A DNA stretch of 64,000 nucleotides from Centroscyllium fabricii (lineage: Eukaryota), in assembly GCA_051313645.2 (NCBI GenBank), contig JBNRSN020000026.1, positions 48,484,001 to 48,548,000 of the forward strand, read 5' to 3'. Under the pieces are notes generated by a model, which had not been told where the DNA came from, did no database searches, and worked only from the letters and a program-made list of their open reading frames with translations. Below are positions 1 to 12,146 of the stretch, piece by piece; the stretch's first letter is position 1, and every line of letters starts with the position of its first letter. A program made the translations under genes and the position numbers.

Positions 1-1064
1 GCTTCCAGGTGAAGTGTTCCCCCATACTGAGCAGTTCCAGTATTTATACTAATAGAAAACAGGAAGTGACATATACAGAGTTCACCCCTTAGCCTTCCCC
101 CGAAGTCTGTTCAATATTACCACACCAAGCAATCACATGGTTTTTGTATTGAACTTGGAACAGTTTGGAGACTCTGTTACAAACAGTTAAGCCAATATTA
201 AGAATTGAATGGAAAACCTTCAATAAGGATGGCATCAAAGAAATAAATCCGTAATGACAATTTTATATACGTTTTTGGAACACCTAAAGGCAGATACATA
301 ATTATACATGCAGCACCTGAATTGACAATAAGAATTGAAAAAAGTCAACAGGAAGATAACTAGAGACAATTAGCTTACATCAGCAGTAAACTTTAAAAGA
401 AAAACCACTAAAAAAATATATAAAAATTTGAGCTTTTCACAATAGAAAGTCAGAAGTTGCTGTAAACGGGCAAGTGATTCACGGCTTCAGAAACACTCGG
501 TAAGCCTACAACTCTAAGTCTCGGGTAATCAAGGTATTTGATTTTGGTGGATATCCTGGATTAGAATTAAGAATAAGAAATGTAAAAATATACAAAGTTA
601 AGATTTGAGAATAAGGATCTCTGAGGATAAGAAATATAAGCTATTTGTTTTTGAACTGTAATGTTGTGATGGACTAACCAGCTGTTAACTACATGTCGGT
701 TCTTTAATAAATCTATATACAGTATTTTTAGAATTGTTTCAAGTAGTATTTCTGTATCAAACTCACAAACTCAAATCTCTGAACATTCTTTAGTGAAGAG
801 TTGCAGAGTTCTGGGGGGTATTCTGGACCCACATAATATCCGGAAGGTTACAGTCTAGTTAATCTTATGATAAGTGCTATCCGGTGGACAGTCATATCTT
901 CACGTCATTTCTTTCCTTTGGGGAGAGATAGCCTGAACCTTTAGACCCAATTAAGCATCTTATAAACTTTGGCTATCTTTAACTTTAGTTGAAGGTGAAC
1001 GTCTGGGGAATACGCCTGATCTGGGATAGCCCGAAAAGGGCTAGAACTGGTAATTATCCCTTCA
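1..1064 (+). mobile_element. Probable 3' part of a long LTR (ERV or Gypsy-like), truncated by the window edge
   Basis: AT-rich non-coding tract with TATAA (~635) and AATAAA (~706). It ends in ...CCCTTCA exactly where LINE RT sequence resumes. The 5' end is not visible. Confidence 0.3.
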
Positions 1065-1067
1065 GTA

Positions 1068-2122
1068 CCTCATTATAGCCTTGGTCCAAGCATGGACCAA
1101 AGAGTTGAATTCCAGAAGTGAGGTGAGAGTGACTGCCCTTGACATTAAGGCAGCATTTGACTGAGTGTGGCATCAAGGAGTGCTCGTAATACTGAAGTCA
1201 ATGGGAATCAGGGGGAAACTCTCCACTGGCTGGAGTCATACCTAACGCAAAGGAAGATGGTTGAGCTGGTTGGAGGTCAATCATCACAGCCCCAGGACAT
1301 CGCTGCAGGAGTCCCTCAGGGCAGTGTCTAAGGCCCAACCATCTTCAGCTGGTTCATCAATGGCCGTCCCTCCAACATAAGGTCAGAAATGGGGATGTTT
1401 GCTGATGACTGCACAGTGTTCAGTGCCATTCGCAACTTCTCAGATAATGAAGCAGTCCATGCCCGAATGCAACAAGACCTGGACAACATTCAGGCTTGGG
1501 CTGATAAATACTGTGGCAACAGAAGCAAGTCAGAGGCTGGGTATTGTGCAGTGAGTGTCTCACCTCCTGATTCCCCCCCAAAGCCTTTCCACCATCTACA
1601 AGGCACAAGTCAGGAGTGTGATGGAACACTCTCTACTTGCCTGGATGAGTGTAGCTCCAACAACACTCAAGAAGCTCAACACCATCCAAGACAAAGCAGC
1701 TCGCTTGATAGGCACCCCATCCAGCATGTTAAACATTCATTCCCTCCACCACCGGCGTACCGTGACTGCAGTGTGTATCATTTACAAGATGCACTGCAGC
1801 AACTCACCAAGGCTTCTTTGGCAGCACCTTACAAACCCGCGACCTCTACCACCTAGAAGGACAAGGGCAGCAGACACCACCACCTGCAAGTTCCCCTCCA
1901 AGTCATACACCATCCTGACTTGGAAGTATATCACTGATCCTTCATCGTTGTTGGGTCAAAATCCTGAAACTCCCTCCCTAACAGCACTGTGGGAGTACCT
2001 TCACCACACGGACTGCAGCGGTTCAAGAAAGGGGCTCACCACCACCTTCTAAAGGGCAACTAGGGATGGACAATAAATGCTGGCCTTGCCAGTGATGCTG
2101 AAATCCCATGAACTAAAAAAAT
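1068..2122 (+). mobile_element. CR1/L2-group LINE family B, 3' fragment (degenerate RT C-terminus plus tail)
   Basis: ALDIKAAFD, GVPQGSV.GP, FADD and YKAQVRSVME motifs in broken frames. The tail GGGCAA.TAGGGATGG..AATAAATGCTGGCCTTGCC...poly(A) is shared with other copies in the window. Confidence 0.85.
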
Positions 2123-2941
2123 ATATAAATGCACATCTTTCTTTTTCTTTCTTGAAGCTGGAAGTGGTACTCATGACATACAACATGTCATCATCTGTAA
2201 AATTACTATGATTGGGCAATACAGTTTCTGGAAGGATAATGACACTAAAGCTTGCCATGCCATTCTCTAAAAGAACATAATTCTCTTAAATAGTCAATAC
2301 ACTAATAAAACTAGACAGGGCATTATAAGAAGTTTAGTGTTTATTCAAAGCATATTTTGCAGCTAAGGATTACAGTCATCACTCCTTGTTATTTTTTAAA
2401 ATAAATTACATAATACAAAGGCACTTCAGCTCCAATCAATTGCAAAGCATACAATTTCACTGTCAAAAGATAATTGGATATAATACTGGCCCCATTGACT
2501 TGAATCATATATAAAGAGAAAGAACACAAGAAATATGAAATGAGGAAAGATTTTGGCATATCAGATCTGTACCTTCGAGATATGATGAAGATCAGCTCGA
2601 TCAAGTTTATTAATATCCCCAGATAAACTTCTGCAAAATGTCCTCCTGTATTTTGAAGGTGTTTGTGCCAAATTCAAGGTATCTATCTTACTGTACAACA
2701 TCCATGAATCTACCCTGGTTCGGTTGTTTTTTTGTAGATGCCACTTTCATGCTTCCAGCAACACTGGAGCAAAAATGGTTCCAGGCAGTGCTTGATCATC
2801 TTTGTTTCGACTTATGCCTGAAAACCTTTCATCGCGTTTCTAACGAGGTCCTGGTCCATTGCTTGAGTCGAGTCGGCAATCAAGGGGCTGCAGCGGGGAG
2901 CAAAGAGCTAGACAGACTGTTTCAGGGACTGTCTGTTGACA

Positions 2942-2990
2942 GTTCCCATGGAAACACTCCATTGTGACATCACAACAGAGTACAACCAAT
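2942..2990. promoter_or_regulatory. Candidate promoter module: RFX X-box, CRE-like site and CCAAT box
   Basis: GTTCCCATGGAAAC (2942-2955) matches the X-box consensus GTTNCCATGGNAAC. TGTGACATCACA lies at ~2963-2974 and CCAAT at ~2986, in apparently non-repetitive DNA flanked by splice-donor-like sites on both strands. Confidence 0.5.
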
Positions 2991-3199
2991 CGGGAAGGCC
3001 AGGTGCTTTGAATGACAGGTGGACAGGCAGGCTGCAAATCTTTGACAGCTAGGGAGAGTCTCTGAATGGATCTGTCAAGGTAAGGTTTTTAAGTATTTTC
3101 TCCACAGCTGGTCATCACCCAAGGGAGTCACTTACGCCTCCAGGGTGCTGAAGGCCTGGGAAGTATTTTGCTCTAGGTCCTTCAATGTCTTGAAGGAGA

Positions 3200-3510
3200 A
3201 AGTGACCAAGGCCACTGGGTTTCACCAGCGGGGTTTCAGGATGACGGGGTTTGGGTGGGAAGGGGTTTAAAATAGGTGAGGGCCCTTAAAATGGCATTAT
3301 CCAGACCAATTAAGGGCCCTCAACTACTTAAACGAGCAACCCCACCGGCGGCGGGCGGGAAGGTTTCGGGATGGCGGGACACGCTGCCCGAAACTGACCA
3401 GCCGGGGGCGATCTGGCAAGGGGGGGTGGGGGGGGAACCACCTGGCTCCGCGATTGTAGGCCCCGCCCTGCTGGAAATCTGCCCTGACGGACCGAGGACA
3501 ATCACCCCCA
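3200..3510 (-). mobile_element. GC-rich Harbinger-type MITE fragment related to 42057-42937
   Basis: Shares GGCCCTTAAAATGGCATT and AATTAAGGGCCC with the reverse complement of the 42057 element; degenerate TIR-like end GGACAATCACCCC. Confidence 0.45.
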
Positions 3511-3514
3511 ATGT

Positions 3515-3692
3515 GTCAGATCAATGACCTTTCATCAGAACTGGAAAAAGTTAGAGAGGTAACAGATTTTAAGCAAGTGCAGCAGTAGGGGAAGAGAGGG
3601 GTGGGGGGGAGGAAAGAACAAAAGAAAAGGTCTGCGATAGGGTCGAAGACAGGAGAGATAAATGACAAAACATCAACAGCAGCCTGCACCGC
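3515..3692 (-). mobile_element. Penelope-like pseudo-LTR remnant with partial hammerhead core
   Basis: The minus strand reads CTGATGAAAGGTCATTGATCTGA, similar to the Penelope-type core at 10011. Confidence 0.45.
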
Positions 3693-3694
3693 TT

Positions 3695-6361
3695 TAGAAA
3701 CATAGAAACATAGAAGATAGGAGCAGGAGTAGGCCATTCGGCCCCTCGAGCGTGCACCACCATTCAATTAGATCATGACTGATCTTTCAGATTCAGTACC
3801 CTGTCCCTGCCTTCTCCCCATATCCCTTGATCCCTTCAGCCTGAAGAAATATATCCAACTCCTTCTTGAATATATTTAATGAAACGGCCTCCACCATCCT
3901 CTGTGGCAGAGAATTCCACAGGTTCACCACTCTCTGGGTGAAGAAATTCGCCCCTATCTCAGTCCTAAATGGCTTTCCCCTTATCCTTAGACTATGATCT
4001 CTGGTTCTGGACTCCCTTTTCATCGGTAACATCCTTCCTGCATCCAGTCTGTCCAGACCTGAAAGAATTTTATAGGTTTCGATGAGATCCACACTCAATC
4101 GTCTGAACTCCAGTGAGTATAAGCCCAATCGACTCAATCTCTCCCCACACGTCATTCCTGCCATCCCAGGTATCAGCCTCGTGAATCTTTGCTGCACTCC
4201 TTCAATGGTAAGAACGTCCTTCCTCAGATGAGGCGACCAAAACTGTACACAATACTCGAGGTGTGGTCTCGCCAAGGTCCTGTAGAGCTGCAGCAAGACA
4301 TCCTTGTTCTTATATTTGAACCCTCTTGCTACGAAGGCCAACATACCATTTGCCTTCTTAACCGCCTGTTGCACCTGCATGCTTACCTTCAGTGACTGGT
4401 GCACAAGAACACCCAGGTCTCTTTGCACTTCCCCTTCTCCCAATCTGTTGCCATTCAAATAATAATCTGCCCTCCTGCTTTTGCCACCAAAGTGGATAAC
4501 CTCACATTTATCCACATTATAGTGCATTTGCCATGTATCTGCCCAATCACCCAACCTGTCCAAATCACATTGGAGTTTCTCGACATCCTCCTCACAGCAT
4601 ACCCTCCCACCCAGCTTTGTGTCATCTGCAAATTTGGAGATATTACATTCAATTCCCTCATCCAGGTCATTAATATATATTGTGAACAGCTGGGGTCCTA
4701 GGACCGATCCTTGCGGTACACCACTAGTCACTGCCCGCCACTCAGAAAACGACTCGTTTATTCCAACTCTCTGTTTTCTATCTGCCAACCAGTTCTCTAT
4801 CCAAGTCAATAACTTGCCCCCAATTCCATGAGCCTTAATTTTGCACCCTAATCTCTTATGAGTGACCATATCAAAAGCTTTCTGAAAGTCCAAATACATC
4901 ATGTCTACTGGTTCTCCCCTATCTATTTTACCAGTTACATCCTCAAAAAATTCCAGTAGATTAGTCAAGCACGATTTACCTTTTGTGAATCCATGTTGAC
5001 TCTGTCCGATCCCATCACTGTTTTTCAAGTGTACTGCTATTACAGCTTAATAATGGACTCTAGCATTTTCCCCACTACCAATGTCAGGCTTACTGGTCTA
5101 TAATTCCCCACCTTTTTCTCTACCCACTTTTTTGAATAGTGGGATAACATTAGCTATCCTCCAATCTATGGGTACTGTTTCAGAGTCTATCGAGTTCTGG
5201 AAGATGATCCGCAATGCATCTGCTATCTCCAGGGCCACTTCCTTAAGTACCCTAGGATGTAGATTATCTGGCCCTGGGGATTTGTCGACCTTCAATCCCT
5301 TCAACTTCCCCAACACCATATCCCTACAAATACTGATTTCTATCAGTTCCTCCCTCTCATTAGTCCCTATGTTTCCCGACATCTCTGGGAGGTTATTTGT
5401 GTCCTCCTTTGTGAAGATAGAACCAAAATATGTATTTAATTGGTCTTCCATTTCCTTGTTCCCCATTATATATTCCCCTGATTCGGAGTGCAAGGGACCA
5501 ACACTTGATTTCACCAATTATTTCCTCTTAATATATCTATAAAAGCTTTTGTAGTGATTTTTTATGTCCGCCAGAAGCTTACTTTCATAATCTATTTCCC
5601 CCCTCTTAATTAATCCCTTTGTCCTCCTTTGCTGTACCCTAAATTGCTCCCAATCATTAGGTCTGTTGCTTTTTTTGGCCAATTTATATGCCCTCTCTTT
5701 GGATTTTATGTTATCTCTAATTTCCCTTGTTATCCACAGTTGAGTCACCTTTTTTGGTTTATTTTTGTGGCAAACTGGTATAAGCAAGTTTTGTAATTCT
5801 TCCATTTGATCTTTGAATGTTTGCCATTGTCCATCCACCGTCAACCCCCCGAGCGACACCATCCAATCAATCTTACCCAACTCGCGTCTCATACCATCAT
5901 AGTTCCCTTTACTTAAATTTAGGACCATAGTCTCTGAGTCAATTTCTTCACTCTCCATCTTAAGTGAGAATTCGATCATATTATGATCGCTCCGACCCAA
6001 GGGGCCTCATACAACAAGATTGCTAATTAATCCTTTCTCATTGCATAATACCCAGTCTAAGATGGCCTGATCCCGAGTTGGTTCCTCAACATATTGGTCC
6101 AGGAAACCACCTCGCATACACTCCATGAATTCCTCCTTCACAGTATTGTTACTGATTTGATTAGTCCAATCTATATGTAGATTAAAGTCACCCATGATGA
6201 CTGCTGTGCCCTTATTGCATGCTTCCCTGATTTCCCTTTTTATGCCATCCCCAACCTCAGCATTACTGTTCGGGGTCTATACACCACTCACACTAACTTT
6301 TTCTGCCCTTTGGTATTTCTCAGTTCGACCCATACAGATTCCACATCATCAGAGCCAATGT
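3695..6361 (-). mobile_element. CR1 LINE (HER1-like), 5'-truncated; ORF2 endonuclease-RT broken by frameshifts
   Basis: ORF pieces 6007-6195 (GDFN, APE domain), 5518-6000 (SDH), 5098-5517 (KSPGPD) and 3793-5028 (QHGF, LDFQKAFD, GVPQGSVLGP, FADD). Stem-loop tail with (TTTCTATG)n microsatellite. Confidence 0.95.
3793..5028 (-). pseudogene. CR1 ORF2 reverse transcriptase segment (411 aa open)
   Basis: Canonical non-LTR RT motifs plus the CR1 C-terminal motifs RPHLEYCVQFW and FFTQRVVNLWNSLP. Confidence 0.9.
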
Positions 6362-6588
6362 CTTTCTCCATACTTACCCAGAGACAGAACCTGTAAAAAA
6401 TCGCAAGTGTATTCTGCATCCGCTGCCGCACATGCGCACGCATTATGAGCCCTGACCCCTTCTGTCAAAGGATCAGAAGTGCCGGTTACGCGCGCATGCG
6501 CTGTACATGCACGAAACCGGCACTTTGGATGGGCCTATGGGTGAGTACCCAGCGCGTACTCACCCAGGGCGATCGGAATTTCTGGGCC
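6362..6588 (-). mobile_element. Terminal part of a Harbinger-type MITE (same family as 62406-63161)
   Basis: The reverse complement aligns with 62406-62630. TIR GAATTTCTGGGCC; subterminal hairpin GGGTGAGTAC-N7-GTACTCACCC. Confidence 0.8.
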
Positions 6589-7740
6589 AACATCGCGGAG
6601 TTACGTGTAACAGCGCCGCGGTACTGCAGGCCTCCCTCCCCTGATTAAAGGGGAGGGGCCTAGCACAGCACACACCAGGATCCTGCTGGACCACCAGGGA
6701 GGAAGGTGCCAGCAAAAGAGCCCGACACTCAAGAGGAGTGACCGTTCGCGGCCGGCACCCTGCATGAGCAGGCGAAAGGGGGCGGGTGCTGGCAGGCAGC
6801 CCAAAACAAAATGGCAACCGGCACCTGCCCTTTAATTTGCCCCACTGCAGCCGCCGCAAACATGGCACCCTGACCCTTCGGACATAGCGTCCGGCGGGAG
6901 GTCAGGGGGCGTGACCGAAGTTTGCCGCCAGGGTGCTGCGCACAGCGATGATGTCGTCGTCGGAGGCACAGCGTCGCGGTGTGCTACCAGCTACCTCTGC
7001 CGCTAACCTCCCACTGAATTTCATGGGAGGCATTAACGCCACCACGCCTGGGCACTAACTCAATTATTCCCCTTGGGAACTTGCAATTTAACTCCAGAGT
7101 CAGGGCCCAATATAACATTCGGTCAAACCCGAGACTCCCGGGAGTCTGACTTTTCTTCACTCCACTGTCGGATCAAATCCTAACTCAGGGATTTACACTA
7201 CGACTTCTTAGCAATATTGCAAAGCAAAACTGCTTTGCCCCTAAGTTAGCATAAATGCTGCCTCAGTTAAATCACAGTATAATTGCACCCTAAAATGAAA
7301 TAATATAAAAGAATGAATTAACTTTTAAGTAGGAGGTAAGATATTAGCAAAGGAACAAAATGCAACAGAACATTAATAATTGGAAGTAAATGGGCCATTG
7401 TGAGAATCTGAAATTTGGTGCTGGGATGGTTCATATTACACCTTCAACATTATCCTTCCACTATGTTTAGATGAAGTACAAGACTGACTTGTAGGAGCAA
7501 AAACAGTTCATTAAGCACAATCATGGAGTTGGCAGTTCATTTGTTTCCTTATAGACTGCACTACATTCTACTTTGCAGGGGCATTACTTCATACAGAATC
7601 TTACACGTGGCTTAACAGGATATTAAAACTCATTCTCAGGCTAGGCTGAAGGCCAAAGCCTCAGGTTTGGATTCATTACGCTCAGCTGATACTGCATCTG
7701 CTATTACTACAGAGAGGGACAAACAGAAGGGAGAGAGAGA

Positions 7741-8211
7741 GAAAGAAAGAAAGGCTTGCATTTATGTAGCACTTCTCTCGCCCACCGGACGTCCCAAAGC
7801 GCTTTACAGCCACTGAAGCACTTCTGAAGTGTAGAGACTATTGTAATGCAGGGAAACGCGGCAGCCAATTTGCACACAACAAGCTCCCACAAACAGCAAT
7901 GTGTTAATGACCAGATAATCTGTCTCAGTGAATTTTTATTTGCGGGATAAATATTGACCAGGATATTGGGTTAACTTCCCTGCTCTTCTTCGAAATGGTG
8001 CCCTGGGATCTTTTACATCCACCTGAGAGAGCAGACGGGGCCTCGGTTTAACGTCTCATCTGAAAGAAGACACCATCCGACAGTGCGGCACTCCCTCAGC
8101 ACTGCACTGGAGTATCAGCCTACATTTTTGTGTTCAAGTCTCTGGAGTGGGACTTGAACCCACGACCTTCTGACTTGGAGGCGAAGGTGCTACCCACTGA
8201 GCCACAGCTGA
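7741..8211 (-). mobile_element. tRNA-derived Deu-domain SINE (SacSINE1-like), near full length
   Basis: Minus strand: A box TGGCTCAGTGGG, B box GGTTCAAGTCC, Deu-like core (ATTATCTGGTCATTAACACATTGCTGTTTGTGGGAGCTTG) and tail ATAAATGCAAG(CTTT)n. Confidence 0.8.
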
Positions 8212-9429
8212 GAGAAAAAAGTTGACCGAGATAAAAGGCCTACTCCAGACTGGAGAATGCAAGTGGGGCAAAAAAAAGTTTCCGTTAAATCACTAGCTCT
8301 TATATTTCCATTATTTAACGTGCAGAGACAGCACTTTTCATACTTCAGCTGTCACTGTGAGCTCTGCATCAGCTCCCCCCTACCAATCTGGCACAGAGCA
8401 AAAGGGAGGTATGTGCACCTTATGAAGAACAGATTTAGCTCGAATTACTCCACCCATCAACTGTCCTAGTTTCTAATTTGCCTCTCGTTAGGTCATTAAG
8501 CATGCTATTCTCTTTGAACGTAGCAACGTGAATCCTGTCAATCACCATATCTGGGAGCAGCTGACCTCAAGAAAACTCACAGCATTTTCAAATATTGTCA
8601 TCAACCCTAAACTACAAGTTCAAAACTTCAAGGAGTTTCATATTTCTACAATCTCACATTTTAAAAAGCGATTTCTCTGCTATTGCAAATGTACTGCTCT
8701 GCCAAAGGCAGCATCCACTCTATATACATTCAGCATGTCATAAGCCCTAACAATGAATTGCTCAATACAAATAACTTTAAAATGCCAGAGAAAAGAAAAT
8801 GCCAACGTGTGATAACACATCTGCTGACGTCCCTCCGGGGTTATCCTGACCGACTGCCATAAATTCAGCAGAAGATCAGAGAAAACCCCCCTGGGTACAC
8901 CATGTAAACGGGGTTCATAGAACCATGTAGCACAGAAGGAGGCCATTCGGCCCATGGAGCCTGTGCCGGCTCTTTGACAGAGCGTATCAATTAGTCCCAC
9001 TCCGCATAGCACTGCAAATGTTTCCTTTTCAAGTACATAAGAACATAAGAAATCGGAGCAGGAATTGGCCACTTGGCCCCTCGAGCCTGCTCTGCCATTC
9101 AATAAGCTCAGGGCTGATCTTGGGCTGTAAGCCACTTCCCCGCCTGCTCCCCGTAACCCTTCCCTCCCTTATCTTGCAAAAATCTGTCGATCTCCACCTT
9201 AAATGTATTTAATGACCCGGCCTCCACGGCTCTCTGGGGCAGAGAATTCCACAGATTTACGACTCTCTGAGAGAAGAAATTCCTCCTCGTCTCAGTTCTA
9301 AAAGGGCGACCCTTTATTCTGAACCTACGCCCCCTAGTTCTAGATTTCCCCATGAGGGGAAACATCCTCTCTGCATCTACCTTGTCGAGCCCCCTCAATA
9401 TCTTATATGTTTCAATAAGATCACCTAGC

Positions 9430-9705
9430 TGTGATGAACCTTTTGGTGTGATTCACACTGTACTGTTATTGTATATAGTTCTGTTTAATGTGTTGTATAT
9501 ATATTGTTATATATCTGTTAATGTCTTTACCTTTCTGTAAGGACCTGTACCGGCTGACCCCGCCTCTGGGTGCTAGTATAAAGGAGAACGCTCCACCCAC
9601 TGGTCTTTTGTACCAGGCAGACTCATCGGGGACACGGTTCAGTTCCTTGTTAATAAAAGCCTCTTTATTAAGAAACTCGCTACCGTCATAATTTGAGGTA
9701 TCTCA
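9430..9705 (+). mobile_element. Solo LTR (Gypsy-like)
   Basis: TGTGA…TCTCA termini, TATAAA (~9577), AATAAA (~9653); imperfect TSD CTAGC/CTACA. Confidence 0.7.
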
Positions 9706-9708
9706 CTA

Positions 9709-10405
9709 CAGGTTGAGCACCGTTAATCCGTGTCCCGAATAGCCGGCAGCTTCAGTCTGCCGGCACAAATTGCCCCGACTGCACTGCGCATGCGCAAAAT
9801 GTCAGCCCCCATCTTGGCTTCAGCGAATGATCTGCGCATGCGCCGAGCGCATGCGCAGTTCATTCAAAACAGCTGCGGGTGTTTTGAATGATCTGCGCAT
9901 GCGTCACCGGACGGTTAGCGCATGCGCAGATAATTCAATACGGCCGCCCGTTATTTTCTCGATCCGAAACAACAGAAATCTCTGGAGAAACTCAGCAGGC
10001 CAGGCAGCATCTGAAGAAAGGTCATCGACCTGAAACGTTAACTCTGCTTCTCTCTCCACCGATGCTGCCTGGCCTGCTGAGTTTCTCCAGCGTTTTCTGT
10101 TATTACTTCAAAATGATCATAGTCACACAGCTGTTGCTTAGTGACTGAGGCGGACAGTCACTAAGCAACAGCTGTCAGCCTGAGTCCCGCTCGGCGGCAG
10201 CAGCAACCCCAAAGGCGATGGAGAGGGATGGCGGACCCGGGCCCGATCTGCGCTTGCGCGCGCCAGCCAATCGCAATGCTGCGCGCATGCGCGCGGCCAT
10301 TTTGAATGGCGCGCATGCGCAGTATCCAAACTCCTTCTCCCGGTTTTTTCCATTTCCTGGCACGGGCCTGGTCCCGCCCGTGCCCGATTAACGGTGCTCA
10401 ACCTG
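9709..10405. mobile_element. Tc1/mariner (pogo/Tigger-like) MITE
   Basis: Perfect 20-bp TIR CAGGTTGAGCACCGTTAATC and TA target duplication. Confidence 0.9.
10011..10042 (+). ncRNA. Minimal hammerhead ribozyme core of Penelope type
   Basis: CTGAAGA - stem II AGGTC(ATC)GACCT - GAAA - palindromic AACGTT, within a ~40-bp inverted repeat (9971-10011 / 10061-10101). Confidence 0.6.
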
Positions 10406-10527
10406 TATCATTCTTCTAAATTGCAATGAGTAGAGGCCCAACCTGCTCAACCTTTCCTCATAAGTCAACTCCCTCATCTCTGGAATTAACCTAATGAATT
10501 ATCTCTGAGCTGCCTCCAAGGCAAGTA

Positions 10528-11241
10528 CAGGTTGAAGTTCGTTAATCCGGCACCCGAACAACCGGCAGCTTCAGACGTCCGGCACAGATTTCCTCGAGTG
10601 GTCGGCGCATGCGCAGTGGTGCTCCTCATTGTCCGCAATCCCCGACTGGCCTGCGCATGCGCAGCGCCGCTCTTCGATGCTTTACAAAAAAACCCGTACC
10701 TGACATGAAGCTCGGGCCCCGTGAAGTGTTGGACCGGGCTCCCTCCCGGGGCCGTTCCCGAATGCGCACTGGTCCCGACGGCGTGGCTTCAGCCGCACCC
10801 AAACTTCCGGTGTGTGTCCCGACGGTTGGACTGTGCTGTAGTGCTATTTTCGCGCGCTGCGGGCAGTTGGACGGCTCCACCTGGAAATCACCCCTGTACC
10901 GTGTGATCTGTTGCACCCGCGCGCTGCAGGCAGTTGAACTCCTCCACCCAGAAAGCTTTGCAATCCCCCCTGTACTCTGCTCGGTTCCACCCGTGAGCTG
11001 TGGGGAGTTGTACTGCTCCACCCGGAAATCGCCCCGTGCTCTGTGCTCTGCCTCCACCCGCGCGCTGCGGCCACCTGCACTGGTCTGCACGTGCTGCAGC
11101 CATTTTGAATGTTCTGCGCATGCACGTTGCCATCTTGAATGGTCCGTGCATGCGCTCGGGACAGCTTCATTCGTTCGGGTTATTTCAGTATTCCGGCACG
11201 GGCCTGATCCTGACCCTGCCGGATCAACGAACTTCAACCTC
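10528..11241. mobile_element. Tc1/mariner (pogo/Tigger-like) MITE, related subfamily
   Basis: TIR CAGGTTGAAGTTCGTTAATCCGGCA / TGCCGGATCAACGAACTTCAACCTC; TA on both sides. Confidence 0.85.
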
Positions 11242-11588
11242 TATATCCTTCCTTAAATAAGGAGACCAAAACTGTACGCAGTACTCAAGGTGTGGTCTCA
11301 CCAATACCCTGTGGCAGGACTTCCCTGATTTTATACTCGAACCCCCTTGAAATGAAGGCCAATATTCCAATTCCCTTTTGAAGGTTACTACTGAATCTAC
11401 TTCCACCACCCTTTCAGACAGTGGATTCCAGATCATAACTAGTTGCTGCAAAAAATAAAAACTCCTCATCCCACCTCTGGATCTTTTGCCAATTATCTTA
11501 AACCTGTGTCCTCTGGTTGCCAACCCTCCTGCCAGTGGAAGCAATTGCACCACATTTACTCGTATCAAAATCCGCCGTCATTTTAAAC

Positions 11589-11993
11589 GGGCGGCACGGT
11601 GGCATAGTGGTTAGCACTGTTGCCTTACAGCACCAGGGTCCCGGGTTCAAATCCAGCCTCGGGTGACTATCTGTGTGGAGTTTGCACATTCTCCCCGTGT
11701 CTGTGTGGGTTTCCTCCGGGTGCTCTGGTTTCCTCCCACAGTCCAAAGATGTGCGGGTTAGGTTGATTGGCCAGGATAAATTGACCCTTAGTGTTAGGGG
11801 GATTGAATATGTGGGATTACGGGGATAGGGTGGGATATGTGTCAGTGCAGGCTCGATAGGGATCGAGGGATATGGGGACAAGGCAGGGACAGGGTACTGG
11901 GTTTGGATGATCAGCCATGATCTCATTGAATGGCGGAGCAGGCTCGAAGGGCCGAATGGCCTACTCCTGCTCCTATCTTCTATGTTTCTATGT
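11589..11993 (+). mobile_element. HE1/V-type tRNA-derived SINE, full length, with CR1 tail
   Basis: A box TGGCATAGTGG, B box GGTTCAAATCC, V-domain GTGTGGAGTTTGCACATTCTCCCCGTG, tail matching the CR1 3' end; TTAAAC flanks both sides. Confidence 0.9.
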
Positions 11994-12146
11994 TAAACAC
12001 ATCTCAGGGTGCCCGCTGATCTTCTGCCAAGGTTACGGTGGCTGGTGAGGAGAACAACCCAAGGAAATTGCCAAAGATCATCACAACACTTCTACCTGTC
12101 AACCGCTTCTTGGCTATCAAAACTTCTTCAAATTACAAAACATATT

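Larger units (their letters stand above)
9035..11560 (-). mobile_element. CR1 LINE 3' fragments interrupted by a solo LTR and two MITEs
   Basis: CR1 C-terminal peptides at 9108-9398 and 11224-11568. The sequence resumes across the insertions (…AGATCACCT | TCATTCTTCTAAA…). Confidence 0.85.

Noticed and set aside
2942-2990. MHC class II S-X-Y module
   Set aside because: The CCAAT is not in the inverted Y-box orientation and no MHC exons are visible; a generic RFX promoter is simpler.
10609-11256. 200+ aa ORFs on both strands
   Set aside because: GC-rich MITE interior lacking stops by composition; no transposase motifs.
11589-11660. tRNA gene (also at other SINE heads)
   Set aside because: The A/B boxes continue into the V-domain and CR1 tail, so these are SINE heads.
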